A program made the translations under genes and the position numbers. A DNA stretch of 64,000 bases, from the sequence record NC_041975.1; one strand, given 5' to 3'. How positions within the stretch are numbered: the stretch's first letter is position 1; each line of letters starts with the position of its first letter. The notes under the pieces were generated by a model that was not told the DNA's origin, ran no database searches, and saw only the letters and a program-made list of their open reading frames with translations. This document shows, piece by piece, positions 46,157 to 56,588 of the stretch.

Positions 46157-47878
46157 TCAAGCCGCAGCCATGAAATCGATCTCGATATGTTTTTCTACCA
46201 TGAAGTCTTTCAGTAACGTAATGGTCTCAGGTGCTTTGTACAACTTACGTGCAAGTTCACCGGCATTGTTCATACCACCGGCTGCCAGGTTAACTGCTAC
46301 CTGACGATACTCCGTATCATCCAATCCTTCGATCTGGGTCATCTCAATCCAGGTGGTTTGTTTCCCCACATTCATGATGACCGTACCGGTCGGATATGCC
46401 CCTTCTACGTCGATGTCGTTCGTACCTGTACGGACATAGGACTTGACGTTCGGCAGTTCTTTAAACATCGCTTTGCCGTTTAAGGCAACCAGCTCTGTTG
46501 GGAGCATAACGATCCAACCACCCAATCCCTGAATGTGATCATCCAGTTCGGTACGCATCTGATCCGATGTAGTACCCCAGATATACCCTTCTTTCATTAC
46601 ATCGTAATGCATCGCCTCAGCGATACGTGTCGGCTGCGATATAAAGTTACGGTAGTCTGACGCCCCGCAGAACGTTGGAACCGCTACAGAGAGATCTGAG
46701 GTCTTCTCGTCCATCATTTCAACCACGATGCAGTCGAAGATGTTATACATCACATATTCGTACTTGTAGTTGCTCTGCATGAACTCATGCCAGTCCGCCC
46801 CGTGGTACCCTTCAGCTTCACTGAACTTCATCTTGGTCACGCCGAGTACTTTCTCAGCGATATTATCCAGTTTGTAGTTCAGCTCTTTACCGTTCATGGT
46901 ACGCAGGTAGTAATAGGCTGACATCGATTCAGCCCAACGGAACGACGCAGGGGCATTGACGTAAGGCCACTTCTCATAGTTAGCTAATGATGTCTTGGTG
47001 ACTTCTTTGCCATCATTTTTTACTTTGTGGGTTTTGCCCTCGTAGTAATAAACGTTACGGTACTCTTGTGGTACCGAGGGATCGCAAATAACGTCAGCAG
47101 GGTTGATGCCGGCATTAGTTAATGTTTGGGTAAGGACCTTGTAGTCGAACTCGAGTACGTTCCAACCAGTGATAAAATCAGGCATCCACTCATGTGCGCG
47201 TTCAAACAGTTTGACAAAGCCATCTGCAGCACTGTCAACCAACACGAACTCCGGATTGGTGATGCTGCGTTTGGTTGCCCACTCGCCCAGGTATTTATCC
47301 CAGGCCAGTTTCAGCTTCTGATGAATACGTTCATCCGCTTCCCCGCCAAAGTAGCGACGGATCACAAAGGTAAAGGTGCGTTCTTTAAAGGTTAAGGACG
47401 CCATGATCGGCTCACCCTTATACCGCTCGTCTACCATTTCGGTTTCGATATCGAACACGCTGATTTTGTACGGAGTAAAGGTATCAGGAAACTTCGCTTC
47501 ATACATCGCTTTGACGATCGAGGAGGGTTCAATGTCAGCACCATACACGTACGGACTGCGACACACCCGACGCAACTGCTGATCGGTGGCACCTTTTCCC
47601 AACATCTTTGAGATGTGGTTAGGAAGATCCCACTGCGGGCAACTGAACTTCTGCAGCTTGGACAGCTCTTCGTAATCTTTCTTATCCTGGTGATTGCGGT
47701 ACGCTGGTTTGGTGAGGTAGTAATCACGCTTCATGTCTTTAATGATGCGGGTGTGGGGTTTGCTGTTCCCGTTCTCGTCAATCACATTCTCTTTCACGAA
47801 GATGATGTCTGATTTGCCGCGCAGAGAAAGGGTATAGATCGCGTGCTTGCATTCGAAACGAAGGTTATTGCTGCTCAT
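46157..47878 (-). CDS. Split family-B DNA polymerase, exonuclease/motif-A subunit (phiKZ gp82-like)
   Basis: ExoI VFDIET, ExoII GWNVLEFD, ExoIII YNIFDC and motif A DIDVEGAYPT. The protein ends before motifs B and C. Confidence 0.88.
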   Translation of the reverse strand: MSSNNLRFECKHAIYTLSLRGKSDIIFVKENVIDENGNSKPHTRIIKDMKRDYYLTKPAYRNHQDKKDYEELSKLQKFSCPQWDLPNHISKMLGKGATDQQLRRVCRSPYVYGADIEPSSIVKAMYEAKFPDTFTPYKISVFDIETEMVDERYKGEPIMASLTFKERTFTFVIRRYFGGEADERIHQKLKLAWDKYLGEWATKRSITNPEFVLVDSAADGFVKLFERAHEWMPDFITGWNVLEFDYKVLTQTLTNAGINPADVICDPSVPQEYRNVYYYEGKTHKVKNDGKEVTKTSLANYEKWPYVNAPASFRWAESMSAYYYLRTMNGKELNYKLDNIAEKVLGVTKMKFSEAEGYHGADWHEFMQSNYKYEYVMYNIFDCIVVEMMDEKTSDLSVAVPTFCGASDYRNFISQPTRIAEAMHYDVMKEGYIWGTTSDQMRTELDDHIQGLGGWIVMLPTELVALNGKAMFKELPNVKSYVRTGTNDIDVEGAYPTGTVIMNVGKQTTWIEMTQIEGLDDTEYRQVAVNLAAGGMNNAGELARKLYKAPETITLLKDFMVEKHIEIDFMAAA

Positions 47879-47978
47879 GATGAATGATAATCCTATGTCA
47901 AAACACTACAAAGTGCACCAGTGTTTAATACGCGTTATAACATCAGGCGTGCAACTACATTTATACAAAGGAGATCAC

Positions 47979-49241
47979 ATGATCCTATCTAGCGGTCTGG
48001 AAGCGATTAGCTTTCAAAAGAATCCGCTCTTTTACAAACAGCTGGTTGTCGAATTCGGCCGTCTGATGGAACTTGCTAAAGCCAACGGTAAGAAGCGCCT
48101 GACCGAAGAGATGATGACGCAGTCTAACCTGGCGAAGATCACCATGGCGAACACCGGCATCAAAGTCTCGCCTGGGGTGGATACCCGCATGCAGTGTAAT
48201 GCGTACGTTATGATCCCAAGCATCAACTCCTATCACGTCTTCAATGATCGCATGCGTCAGATCTTCTCAGGGTATGCCGAATCGTTTGAGCAGTTTCGTA
48301 AAGCCAATGATGTGTTGATTGGGTTGGTTGATCTGCAGAACTCCAAAGTGGGCGGGGTCTTCTCGACTATTGATCACCGCATCTGTCTGTCGTACGATAT
48401 GATGACCGACTATGACATGACTCCGGGTGAAGTCGCCGCCATCTACATGCATGAAGTCGGCCATGCTTTTACCTTCCTGGAGATGCTGCATTATACCGCT
48501 ACCACTAACCTGGTACTGACGGCCGGCATTGAAGCGATCATCAAATCAGAAACTTCTCGTAAGCATGTCATCTTAAGTGATATCGAAAACTCCTTAGGGA
48601 TTAAGATTGATAATAAAGATGAACTGGTCGCTTACGACAAGTATGAAGATTATGCTGTCACGATCCTGTCGAAGTACAACCGCACCTTAGCAACAGCCCT
48701 GGGTTCACCGGCGCACGATGAATCGATGTCTGAGCAGATGGCGGATATGTTTGCCACCCGACATGGCGCGGGATTGGATCTGGCGCGGGGATTGTCCCGT
48801 ATTCACAAATATTACAATTCACCGAAGTTTAAGTTTGCCCGCTATCTGGAGATCTTTGTCGGCATCCTGCAGACCATGGGCTTGTCCCTGGTGTTCGATG
48901 TGCTGGGAGTAATCGTTGTCCTGACTGTCGGTAACTTCTTTGGTGGGACGTATGACCGGGCGAAAGACCGTTTCATCCGCATGCGTAATGAGATCGTGGT
49001 CGGCCTGAAAGATGAAGAGATCAGTGCAGCTGACCGCAAACTCTTGATCAGTCATATCGCCGAGCTGGACAAGATCATTGCCCAGGCCAAAAACGAAAGC
49101 TCCTTTGTCGAGCAGTTGTCCCTGGTGGTGCGCGCCAGCCAGCGTGAGCGTTATGCCAGCAAGTACCTGCAAAAGGATCTTGAAGCCCTTCTTAATAATC
49201 CGCTCTATGTCAGTGCGGCCAAACTGAAAACATTGCAATAA
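47979..49241 (+). CDS. Virion protein with HExxH metallopeptidase motif
   Basis: AGGAG SD before MILSSGLE; YMHEVGHAF and E..AD.FA...G; N-terminal GLE processing-type site. Confidence 0.7.
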   Translation: MILSSGLEAISFQKNPLFYKQLVVEFGRLMELAKANGKKRLTEEMMTQSNLAKITMANTGIKVSPGVDTRMQCNAYVMIPSINSYHVFNDRMRQIFSGYAESFEQFRKANDVLIGLVDLQNSKVGGVFSTIDHRICLSYDMMTDYDMTPGEVAAIYMHEVGHAFTFLEMLHYTATTNLVLTAGIEAIIKSETSRKHVILSDIENSLGIKIDNKDELVAYDKYEDYAVTILSKYNRTLATALGSPAHDESMSEQMADMFATRHGAGLDLARGLSRIHKYYNSPKFKFARYLEIFVGILQTMGLSLVFDVLGVIVVLTVGNFFGGTYDRAKDRFIRMRNEIVVGLKDEEISAADRKLLISHIAELDKIIAQAKNESSFVEQLSLVVRASQRERYASKYLQKDLEALLNNPLYVSAAKLKTLQ

Positions 49242-49254
49242 GGATTCATCAGAA

Positions 49255-49761
49255 ATGATTATTGACGTAGCAGAATTAAAGAAACAGATCGTGTCGGTGC
49301 GTTCTATTGCAGAGATCCCAACTACCCTGCGTACTAAACTGATTGAAACCGGTCTGGCCCGTGCGGTAGCGTATGGTGTTGATCTGCCAAAAGAGCTGGT
49401 CGGCAACCCGGTCTCCTATTTCGCCAGCAACGCCACTGATGCTAAGCAGGCACTGGCGGTGATCAACGAAACCAACGTGATCAACATCTCCCGTATCCTG
49501 TCACTCGCCACCATCATCTGGCAGGCACGCTACAACATGGTTTATCTGCCAGCCACTCGCGAGTCCATGGAGTTGACTCATCAGGTATTGTCCGATCAAC
49601 GCGAATGGTTGTTCGATGCAGAGCAGCAGGATTTCCTGTCGGCGACCATTGGCGACGGTACGGTGCAAGACAGCCTAAAGCTGGCTCTGTTAACCTTCAC
49701 CTGCCCGGCTGTGATCAACCCTAACCAGGTAGCACCAGTCACCACCGCTGACGAGGAGTAA
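49255..49761 (+). CDS. Probable virion head protein
   Basis: 168 aa in the head-protein operon. Confidence 0.6.
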   Translation: MIIDVAELKKQIVSVRSIAEIPTTLRTKLIETGLARAVAYGVDLPKELVGNPVSYFASNATDAKQALAVINETNVINISRILSLATIIWQARYNMVYLPATRESMELTHQVLSDQREWLFDAEQQDFLSATIGDGTVQDSLKLALLTFTCPAVINPNQVAPVTTADEE

Positions 49762-49763
49762 TC

Positions 49764-51230
49764 ATGTCTATTGATCTGATCGCTTCCTTTATCGACGATT
49801 CGGGTAATGTCCCGATGACGGCGTTGACCGTGGTAAAGAAAGAGAACGACGAAGCCAACGCACAACTACCGAAACAGGTAGCGATGCTGAAAGCCTCTAA
49901 CGAACGTATCGTTGAACTTCAGTCTGTGATTGAACGTGTGCGCCGTGAAGGCATGAGCCGTGAAGTCGCCGCGATTGTTGCCTCGATTGCACCCGAAGCG
50001 CTGCCGGTTGGCTACGGTGCTGAAGGTTTCACTGAGCAACCCTCAAAGCTCGGGATGGCTGCTGGTCTGGAATCGATCACCGCCTATGTGATTGATGGTA
50101 TCAAACGTCTGATCGCCTTCCTGATTGATAAGGCCAAGAAAGCCGCTGCCTTTATTGTGGATCAGTATCGTCGTCTGACGGGCATTGCTCCCACTGCGTA
50201 CAAGATCGATCGTCGTGCTGCTTATCTTACGGCGATGTCTGCCCGGTTCGCTCAGCATTTCGGTACGGATCTGGCGACCCTGTTAGAGCAGGATATCAAT
50301 GCCGGCTTTACCAGTATCGAAAGTACTCGCATGGTATTGAGCGGTATGTTTGCTGATGCGGAAGTGCTGCAGGCGGATCTGTCTAAATATGGCAAGCACA
50401 TCAATGTCATGTCCAAACAGATCGAAGCGTTACTGGCAGACGCGCCAGCGCGTGTGGTGCGGGTCAATGCGATTGTTAATGATGTCACGGTATCGCGCAA
50501 TGGCAGCAACGATCGCAGTGCAGAGATCCTGCGTCTGATCGACACCCGTAACCTCGATGCCCTGGTCAGTACCTTGCGCAGCGTCAGTAAGTTACTGGTC
50601 AGCAGCCCGATGTACAAATCCACTGGCACTGGTAAAGACGGCAAAATCAAACAGACTATCCTTGAGCAGTTAAACAGCGATGGTTTCCGTGAGATGATGT
50701 CCGGCCTTTCCATGGCTGCTAATGCTGGCATGACCCACACCATGGACATGACGGATGCCTCGGCGATCATTCGTTCACGTAATCTGGCTGAGGCTGTTAA
50801 AGAGCTCACCAATTACGAAGAAGTGAAGAAGCGTTCACTGGATGACCTCAAGTCTGCTACTGGTTCGATCAACAGCAACAAATATGTGCAGGCCGCTGAA
50901 CAGTCACCGGGTGATGACCCGACCATGGCAGCTGTGGTGCAGTTTAACCAATACTGGGATGATGTCACGACCGCCGTAAAAGTGGCACAGGACATCACCA
51001 CCGCCTACGCGGAGACAGTATTCAAACTGCAGCTGTTCTCGGTGCGTTGTCAGGATCTGGCGCTGGTACAGTGGTCCGCTAACCCAGCCAATGCCGGCCT
51101 GGCAGAAGCCAATGCCGCGACTGAACGTCTGCAGGCGGTGGTCAAGCAGTATCTGGATAAGGTCGTGAAGAACACCACGGGCTTGAAAGGTGCGCTGGAT
51201 GACCTCGGCAAACTGGTCAATCAACTGTAA
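49764..51230 (+). CDS. Processed head/ejection protein
   Basis: 488 aa; propeptide ends GFT...AGLESI, a prohead-protease S/A/G-x-E site. Confidence 0.7.
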   Translation: MSIDLIASFIDDSGNVPMTALTVVKKENDEANAQLPKQVAMLKASNERIVELQSVIERVRREGMSREVAAIVASIAPEALPVGYGAEGFTEQPSKLGMAAGLESITAYVIDGIKRLIAFLIDKAKKAAAFIVDQYRRLTGIAPTAYKIDRRAAYLTAMSARFAQHFGTDLATLLEQDINAGFTSIESTRMVLSGMFADAEVLQADLSKYGKHINVMSKQIEALLADAPARVVRVNAIVNDVTVSRNGSNDRSAEILRLIDTRNLDALVSTLRSVSKLLVSSPMYKSTGTGKDGKIKQTILEQLNSDGFREMMSGLSMAANAGMTHTMDMTDASAIIRSRNLAEAVKELTNYEEVKKRSLDDLKSATGSINSNKYVQAAEQSPGDDPTMAAVVQFNQYWDDVTTAVKVAQDITTAYAETVFKLQLFSVRCQDLALVQWSANPANAGLAEANAATERLQAVVKQYLDKVVKNTTGLKGALDDLGKLVNQL

Positions 51231-51239
51231 GGAAATCGC

Positions 51240-52496
51240 ATGGAATCCACATTACTTCAAACGATCAATGAAACCACGGAGTTGTGTGACTCTTTGATTT
51301 CGTTGTCACAACGTCTTGAGATGTTGGGTCCCATTGCTGCTGAATCCGTTAACTTCGCAAAGATCCATGAATCGATTAACCTGAAGGTGGCGAAGATTGC
51401 CGCTTCGATGGAGTCGATTGAAGCTAACGGCATCAACCAGGAGGCAGTGTTAGAAATCAATACTGCCATGCCTGGTATCATTCCCAACACCATCCCTCTT
51501 AATGGATACACCAAAGCCCGCAGTCAGATGAATGTGGGGTTTGCCTTAGAGTCGTTGGAGTCAGGTAAAGCAGCAATGATCTCCGGTTCAGTAACAGGGA
51601 TCGTGGCCGTGATCGTCAAACTGTTTCGTTGGGTTGTCATGACCATCAAGCAGTATGTCAAATCACGCCGTGATGCGAACCGTCTCGGTGTCTCTGTGAC
51701 ACAAGCACTGCAACGTGCGGGAACGATCAACGAATACCTGTTAGAACAGTTGGCAAAAACCCCAGAAGCCAAAGCCGCCCGTCCGGGCTTTGAATGGCTG
51801 GTATCGATCTGGCGTCCGCAGGCTGGGATCTTTAAGTTCAATGAAGATGCACTGGTGCAGTGGTGGCCAGAACTCGTCAATGAACTGGAGTACGAATACA
51901 ACCAGATCAGCAAGGCGTTTGACATGCTGCGTAGCGGTGGGTCGTTTGTCCCTAACATTGCGAAAGCGCACCAGTCTCCCTCCATGAAGCGTTTCTTTGA
52001 AGCCTTACCGCAAGGGACGGATCGTCAAGGGAATATCGTTGAGGTAGAGCTGGCGAAGAAGCAGTTTCAGGAGAACCCACAGCGTGCGTTGTTCCAGCTG
52101 GCTGAACGTCTGCGTTACATGATCATGCGTGAGCCTAAATCAAAAGGTACTGACTTTGGGCAAGAGCTGATCTCAGTAGGTCGCAGTATTGAAGCCTACA
52201 CCAATGTGGATCGTCTGGTGTTTGATCAGCTGAATACTTACGACACCAACAATCGATTAGGGAAACTGGAAGAGGCGTTTGGCGCGTTGTATAAGCAAGT
52301 CCAAGCCACACGCTACACTGCAGACAAAGCCCTGGTTGATGAGTTCGTGGGTTACCTGAACCGTTATTCAGAAAAGCTTAACTGTTTCGTGCAACTGATC
52401 ACCATTGTGAGTTACCTGGATAGCTGTAGTTTCCAGATCCTTGACAATGTCTCCAAAGCCACCATGAAGTACGTTGATATTGCTGCCAGTAATTAA
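51240..52496 (+). CDS. Processed head/ejection protein, N-terminally related to 49764
   Basis: GYT...ALESL followed by a hydrophobic IVAVIVKLFRW helix. Confidence 0.7.
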   Translation: MESTLLQTINETTELCDSLISLSQRLEMLGPIAAESVNFAKIHESINLKVAKIAASMESIEANGINQEAVLEINTAMPGIIPNTIPLNGYTKARSQMNVGFALESLESGKAAMISGSVTGIVAVIVKLFRWVVMTIKQYVKSRRDANRLGVSVTQALQRAGTINEYLLEQLAKTPEAKAARPGFEWLVSIWRPQAGIFKFNEDALVQWWPELVNELEYEYNQISKAFDMLRSGGSFVPNIAKAHQSPSMKRFFEALPQGTDRQGNIVEVELAKKQFQENPQRALFQLAERLRYMIMREPKSKGTDFGQELISVGRSIEAYTNVDRLVFDQLNTYDTNNRLGKLEEAFGALYKQVQATRYTADKALVDEFVGYLNRYSEKLNCFVQLITIVSYLDSCSFQILDNVSKATMKYVDIAASN

Positions 52497-52498
52497 AT

Positions 52499-52550
52499 CG
52501 GCATAAAGGCCTGGCCTTCCTTGCGGAGGGCCAGAGCCTTGCTTATGCCG
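52499..52550. terminator. Long symmetric hairpin bounded by CGGCATAA and TTATGCCG
   Basis: CGGCATAA-AGGC-CTGGCCTTCC-ttgc-GGAGGGCCAG-aGCCTT-gc-TTATGCCG between convergent genes. Confidence 0.8.
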
Positions 52551-55500
52551 TTAAGCTTGACTTCGCTGAGGTATGCTTCAGGAAGGTGATGGAGATGTCT
52601 TCTTTCACCGTTAAGGTTTCATCCGACGCCACGTCTACCCGTTTCTTGATGGCACACCGCATGGTGTCATCTAATGCGGTCATGACTTTGATGTCACCGT
52701 TCACCCCGAGTGCTTTAAACTCGATGTCAACCACATCAGACGTTCGATACGGTTTCAGCGCATCAACCAGGTCTGTCAGACCAAAGGTCGCCCGGGCAAT
52801 CACTGCAGCAATCGCTGGACTCACTTTCGCTGACAGGTTGTCACGCAACGAGGTGTTCTTGTAACCGTTGTCGGTCATGTAGAAGGTTACGTCAAAACCA
52901 ATCGCGGCGGAGATCTGACGAGACTCTCGTGCATTGGCAATCACATCGATCAAGCCCAGGGTTTGTTTCGGTCGTAACGACACCGTGGTCTTCTCAAGCA
53001 ACTGTCGCTTCACCGTGACCATGTCTTCTGTCACCCAGTCAACCAGATCAGAGATCACATCAGTGATGTATGTCTTATCCAGCGGGTTACCGGTAAAGTA
53101 ATAGACACCATCCAGACCCACCACATCGATCTCACGCACCACCACACGTTCATTAAGCGGGATAGGGTTACCTTGCTCGTCCGACTTAATGTCACCCACC
53201 CGATAACGATAGATGATGTTGTTATCAGCGTCATACATGATGTCGCCTTTGGCATGCAGGATGATCGGTTGGTTGTTGCTGTCAAACACCAATTGGTTAG
53301 TGACCGCATCACGCTGATACACCGTCTCTGCATAACGCCATGGTACATCGACATCGTACTTCTGATACTCGATGTCAGACACCACTGAACGCGACCGCTG
53401 GTACAGGTAGGTCAGGGCTTTGCCCATCACCACATCGTAGGACTGCTCCGTCACCACCACGAACTGCTGATCCAGGTAGAAACTCCCCAGCTTCTTATCA
53501 CTGTCGCTGTACACCACATCGTTCGGTGATTTGGCCACCGCAATACAGTTCAGCAGGATGAAGTTCTTTTCCAGTACCGAGCGCAACTTAGACGATGCAT
53601 TACCAAACTGACCAAAGGACGTCAGGATGATCTCGTCCTCGTTGGTGATGTCAAGATTACTATCAATGTCGAACTGCCAGACACGTTCGCGGGTTGCTGT
53701 CCGACCGATCATCACGCCATTGAGGTAGCCGTAGTTGCTTTCCCCTTCCGGCATGAACAGTAACTGACACGCCACATCGCCGTCTGCCAGGTCTTTGTAG
53801 TAATCACCTGAACTTGTCACCACGGTTGCTCTAAAGCCATTGGCGGTTTTGGTAAAGGTAAAACTGTCCGCCACAAGTTCAACACCGATGGAGTTGTTCT
53901 CATAGCTGAATACCCGACCTGCTACAGAAGGACGATCCAGATCATAGACCCGAGTGGTAAACGCATCGTTATTCGCATCCAACACCATGTAGAAAGGTGA
54001 GAACATGAACACGTTGTTGTTGACCGTCAAGGCACGACTGTCTAATCCCGCGCCGTTGATCGTGGCCAGCTCCGCATCTGATACCATGTTGTAGATGCCG
54101 TTGACCAAGCGGTATAAGGCTGTCGGGGTGATGGTGATGCGATTGCCGTTATCACGCACTGCGGTATTACTGACCAACTGCAACATCGATGACTGCAGGG
54201 TAATGATCCCGGTACCGGCCGGCGTATTGATGCCAGACTTGTTGGTCTGCGGATTCAGTGACCGGGTTGCATGGTAAATACGTTGCGTCACTGTGTCTTC
54301 TGATTTCAATGCCCCGTAGCCTAAATCGACCAGGGTTTGCGAGACCTGCGCTTCAGTAATCGGTAAGACCGTTTTGTTGGCCGAATAGATCACCGCTTCA
54401 CGCAACGCTTCAACACTGAGACCATTCACCCCACCGCTGACACCGCTGCTGATCGACATGGTCTTTTCATTAAAGACGGTCAATGGCGTAGAGTACTTAT
54501 CCAACACCCGATCTTCGTAATTGAAGTCACGGTAGACCGCACTGATTGAAGAAGACTGCAGCGCCAGTGTTTCGATAACCAGGTTACCTTTACTGGTGTA
54601 GACATCTGCCCGCACCTGACGACCCACTGCCAGATTGTTGGAGATGTAGATTTCCGGTAACACAACCTTCACTGAGTCTTCTAACACCTGGGCGACGAAG
54701 GTCAGCTTGGTGTTGTCATAGACCAGGTCATCATGGGTGACGTACGCCTCTTCCCACTCATCGGCCACATTCGCCCGCGTAAAGACGCGCAGGTAATAGA
54801 ACTGATCACCTTTTAATGGATAGGTATTGCGATACCCACTCATGCTGGTAATCTGACCGTAATAAGGCTGGGCTTTGAACTGACGTAAAGGTACCGTGAT
54901 GTAGAGCAGTTCAACCCCGTTGAAGATCGCAGTCCGCCAGGTTAACTGGTTGGTTTCAACCGTCAGGAGTGGGCTGGGTTGCGACACATCGTACACCACC
55001 ACAAAGCCGCCATGTTTCATCACCCGGATTTCAATCGGATACTCCAGACTGAAGGTGACATCCATCACCGTGATTTCCGTGTTGCGTGGAATCACCATCT
55101 TCGAGTAGATGCTGTCGATGTCATCGCTGCCACTGCTGTCGAGTTGCACTGCACGCGCCCGAATCTCATCGGCATTGAAGATAAAGTTGGTGGTGATGCG
55201 TGACGGGGTACAGAAACGGTTCTTGTAATCCTCATCACTCATGTTGCGATACAGATCTTCATACGTCCGCGCCATCTTCGGGTAGTACGCCGTATAAAGG
55301 TCTTCATGGTTTTGCATCACCGCTGAACCGGTCAGGGCAACCAGCTCAAAAGCAAACATCGCAGGGTTGGTGGCATTCATGATATCAATCGTGCCATCCA
55401 TGTTTTGGTCTAACAGATCGAGTGTGTAGTCCATCATCAACGATGGATCATTACGCAGGTCGATCATTTTCTGTTTACGTACGTCGATGCTGTCGCTCAT
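52543..55500 (-). CDS. Baseplate wedge-like structural protein (phiKZ gp87 position; gp6/gpJ-like)
   Basis: 985 aa; SGGVNGLSVEALRE resembles the GG.D.E..E.LR motif of gpJ/gp6. Confidence 0.65.
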   Translation of the reverse strand: MSDSIDVRKQKMIDLRNDPSLMMDYTLDLLDQNMDGTIDIMNATNPAMFAFELVALTGSAVMQNHEDLYTAYYPKMARTYEDLYRNMSDEDYKNRFCTPSRITTNFIFNADEIRARAVQLDSSGSDDIDSIYSKMVIPRNTEITVMDVTFSLEYPIEIRVMKHGGFVVVYDVSQPSPLLTVETNQLTWRTAIFNGVELLYITVPLRQFKAQPYYGQITSMSGYRNTYPLKGDQFYYLRVFTRANVADEWEEAYVTHDDLVYDNTKLTFVAQVLEDSVKVVLPEIYISNNLAVGRQVRADVYTSKGNLVIETLALQSSSISAVYRDFNYEDRVLDKYSTPLTVFNEKTMSISSGVSGGVNGLSVEALREAVIYSANKTVLPITEAQVSQTLVDLGYGALKSEDTVTQRIYHATRSLNPQTNKSGINTPAGTGIITLQSSMLQLVSNTAVRDNGNRITITPTALYRLVNGIYNMVSDAELATINGAGLDSRALTVNNNVFMFSPFYMVLDANNDAFTTRVYDLDRPSVAGRVFSYENNSIGVELVADSFTFTKTANGFRATVVTSSGDYYKDLADGDVACQLLFMPEGESNYGYLNGVMIGRTATRERVWQFDIDSNLDITNEDEIILTSFGQFGNASSKLRSVLEKNFILLNCIAVAKSPNDVVYSDSDKKLGSFYLDQQFVVVTEQSYDVVMGKALTYLYQRSRSVVSDIEYQKYDVDVPWRYAETVYQRDAVTNQLVFDSNNQPIILHAKGDIMYDADNNIIYRYRVGDIKSDEQGNPIPLNERVVVREIDVVGLDGVYYFTGNPLDKTYITDVISDLVDWVTEDMVTVKRQLLEKTTVSLRPKQTLGLIDVIANARESRQISAAIGFDVTFYMTDNGYKNTSLRDNLSAKVSPAIAAVIARATFGLTDLVDALKPYRTSDVVDIEFKALGVNGDIKVMTALDDTMRCAIKKRVDVASDETLTVKEDISITFLKHTSAKSSLTA

Positions 55501-55509
55501 CGTAGCCTC

Positions 55510-56535
55510 TTATTTTTGATCCTTCGGAACCCACCACTGGAATTCGTTCGTCATCACGTCGATATAAGGATAACCAATAAAGTTGTAGCGTTGCATTTCA
55601 CCCGGGGAGATTTTGCGGAAGAACGTGTTACGGTTCGCGGCTTTCATCTGCGGGTTAAATAACTCGACACAACTGTTGAAATCCAGGATCAGGGATTGCG
55701 TGTTATAGCGCCAGCCCACACACTGCCAGTTACAACTGATTTGGTTATTGTTCTTGATCAGTGGGGTGTCTTTGGTGGTGCCAAAGTCAAACGCATTACC
55801 AATCGGGTTGGTGGTGCAGATTGCTGCGTAGGGTGCACCGATCTTCGTCACATAGCGTGAAGTCTGATCCAGGATGATGCGATAGAAGCGCATGGTGTAA
55901 TCAATATAGTTGTTAACAATGGCGTCCCAATAGGGAACCATGTCACCAAGGTATACCGATGAGCTGTACGTTTGCAGCAGATCCAGGATCATGGTGATCG
56001 GGTCACCTGAGATGTTGGTGTGCGTTGATGTCACCTGATAGGCTTCATTAAACTCCGACTGACCATCAACCATCGACCAGGTTTCTTTACGTGAGCCCGG
56101 TGGTGCAGTAAAGGTATCGATCACGATATCGGGAAAACCGGTCATCGATTCCAGGGTGTTTGATAAAATGGACACGAAGGCCTGTTGGTTATCAAACAGT
56201 CTGGAGTAGCTTTTTCGATCAATTGTGCCGGTCGCATCAAACATCGAACGGATCGCACCTGGGATCGTATCGGCGTTGTTTGAAGCAAGCGAAAGCAGCT
56301 TTTCTTGTCGATTCAGATTATCGTATGACAGGTTAAGGATTGGGCGTGTGAAAAAGGTATACCCCATGACGTCTTTGTTGATGGGTAGAAAGGCGCTACG
56401 GTTACTGAATTTGTTCAAACCCCAATAGTTATGCGCAAGCGATGAGGTTACACTACCATACCCGGACTCCCTTGCAGCCGAGTCAATACTCTCGGTCCAC
56501 AACCCAGGATTGTAGTCGTCATTGTCATTGGCCAT
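55510..56535 (-). CDS. Virion structural protein (phiKZ gp88 position; tail-tube or initiator-like)
   Basis: 341 aa with GYTFFTRP.LNLS and a GAGG SD. Confidence 0.6.
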   Translation of the reverse strand: MANDNDDYNPGLWTESIDSAARESGYGSVTSSLAHNYWGLNKFSNRSAFLPINKDVMGYTFFTRPILNLSYDNLNRQEKLLSLASNNADTIPGAIRSMFDATGTIDRKSYSRLFDNQQAFVSILSNTLESMTGFPDIVIDTFTAPPGSRKETWSMVDGQSEFNEAYQVTSTHTNISGDPITMILDLLQTYSSSVYLGDMVPYWDAIVNNYIDYTMRFYRIILDQTSRYVTKIGAPYAAICTTNPIGNAFDFGTTKDTPLIKNNNQISCNWQCVGWRYNTQSLILDFNSCVELFNPQMKAANRNTFFRKISPGEMQRYNFIGYPYIDVMTNEFQWWVPKDQK

Positions 56536-56588
56536 TACTCATCACCTCTTTGAAATAGAATATCCGTTGAATCCATAGGAGTACTTTT

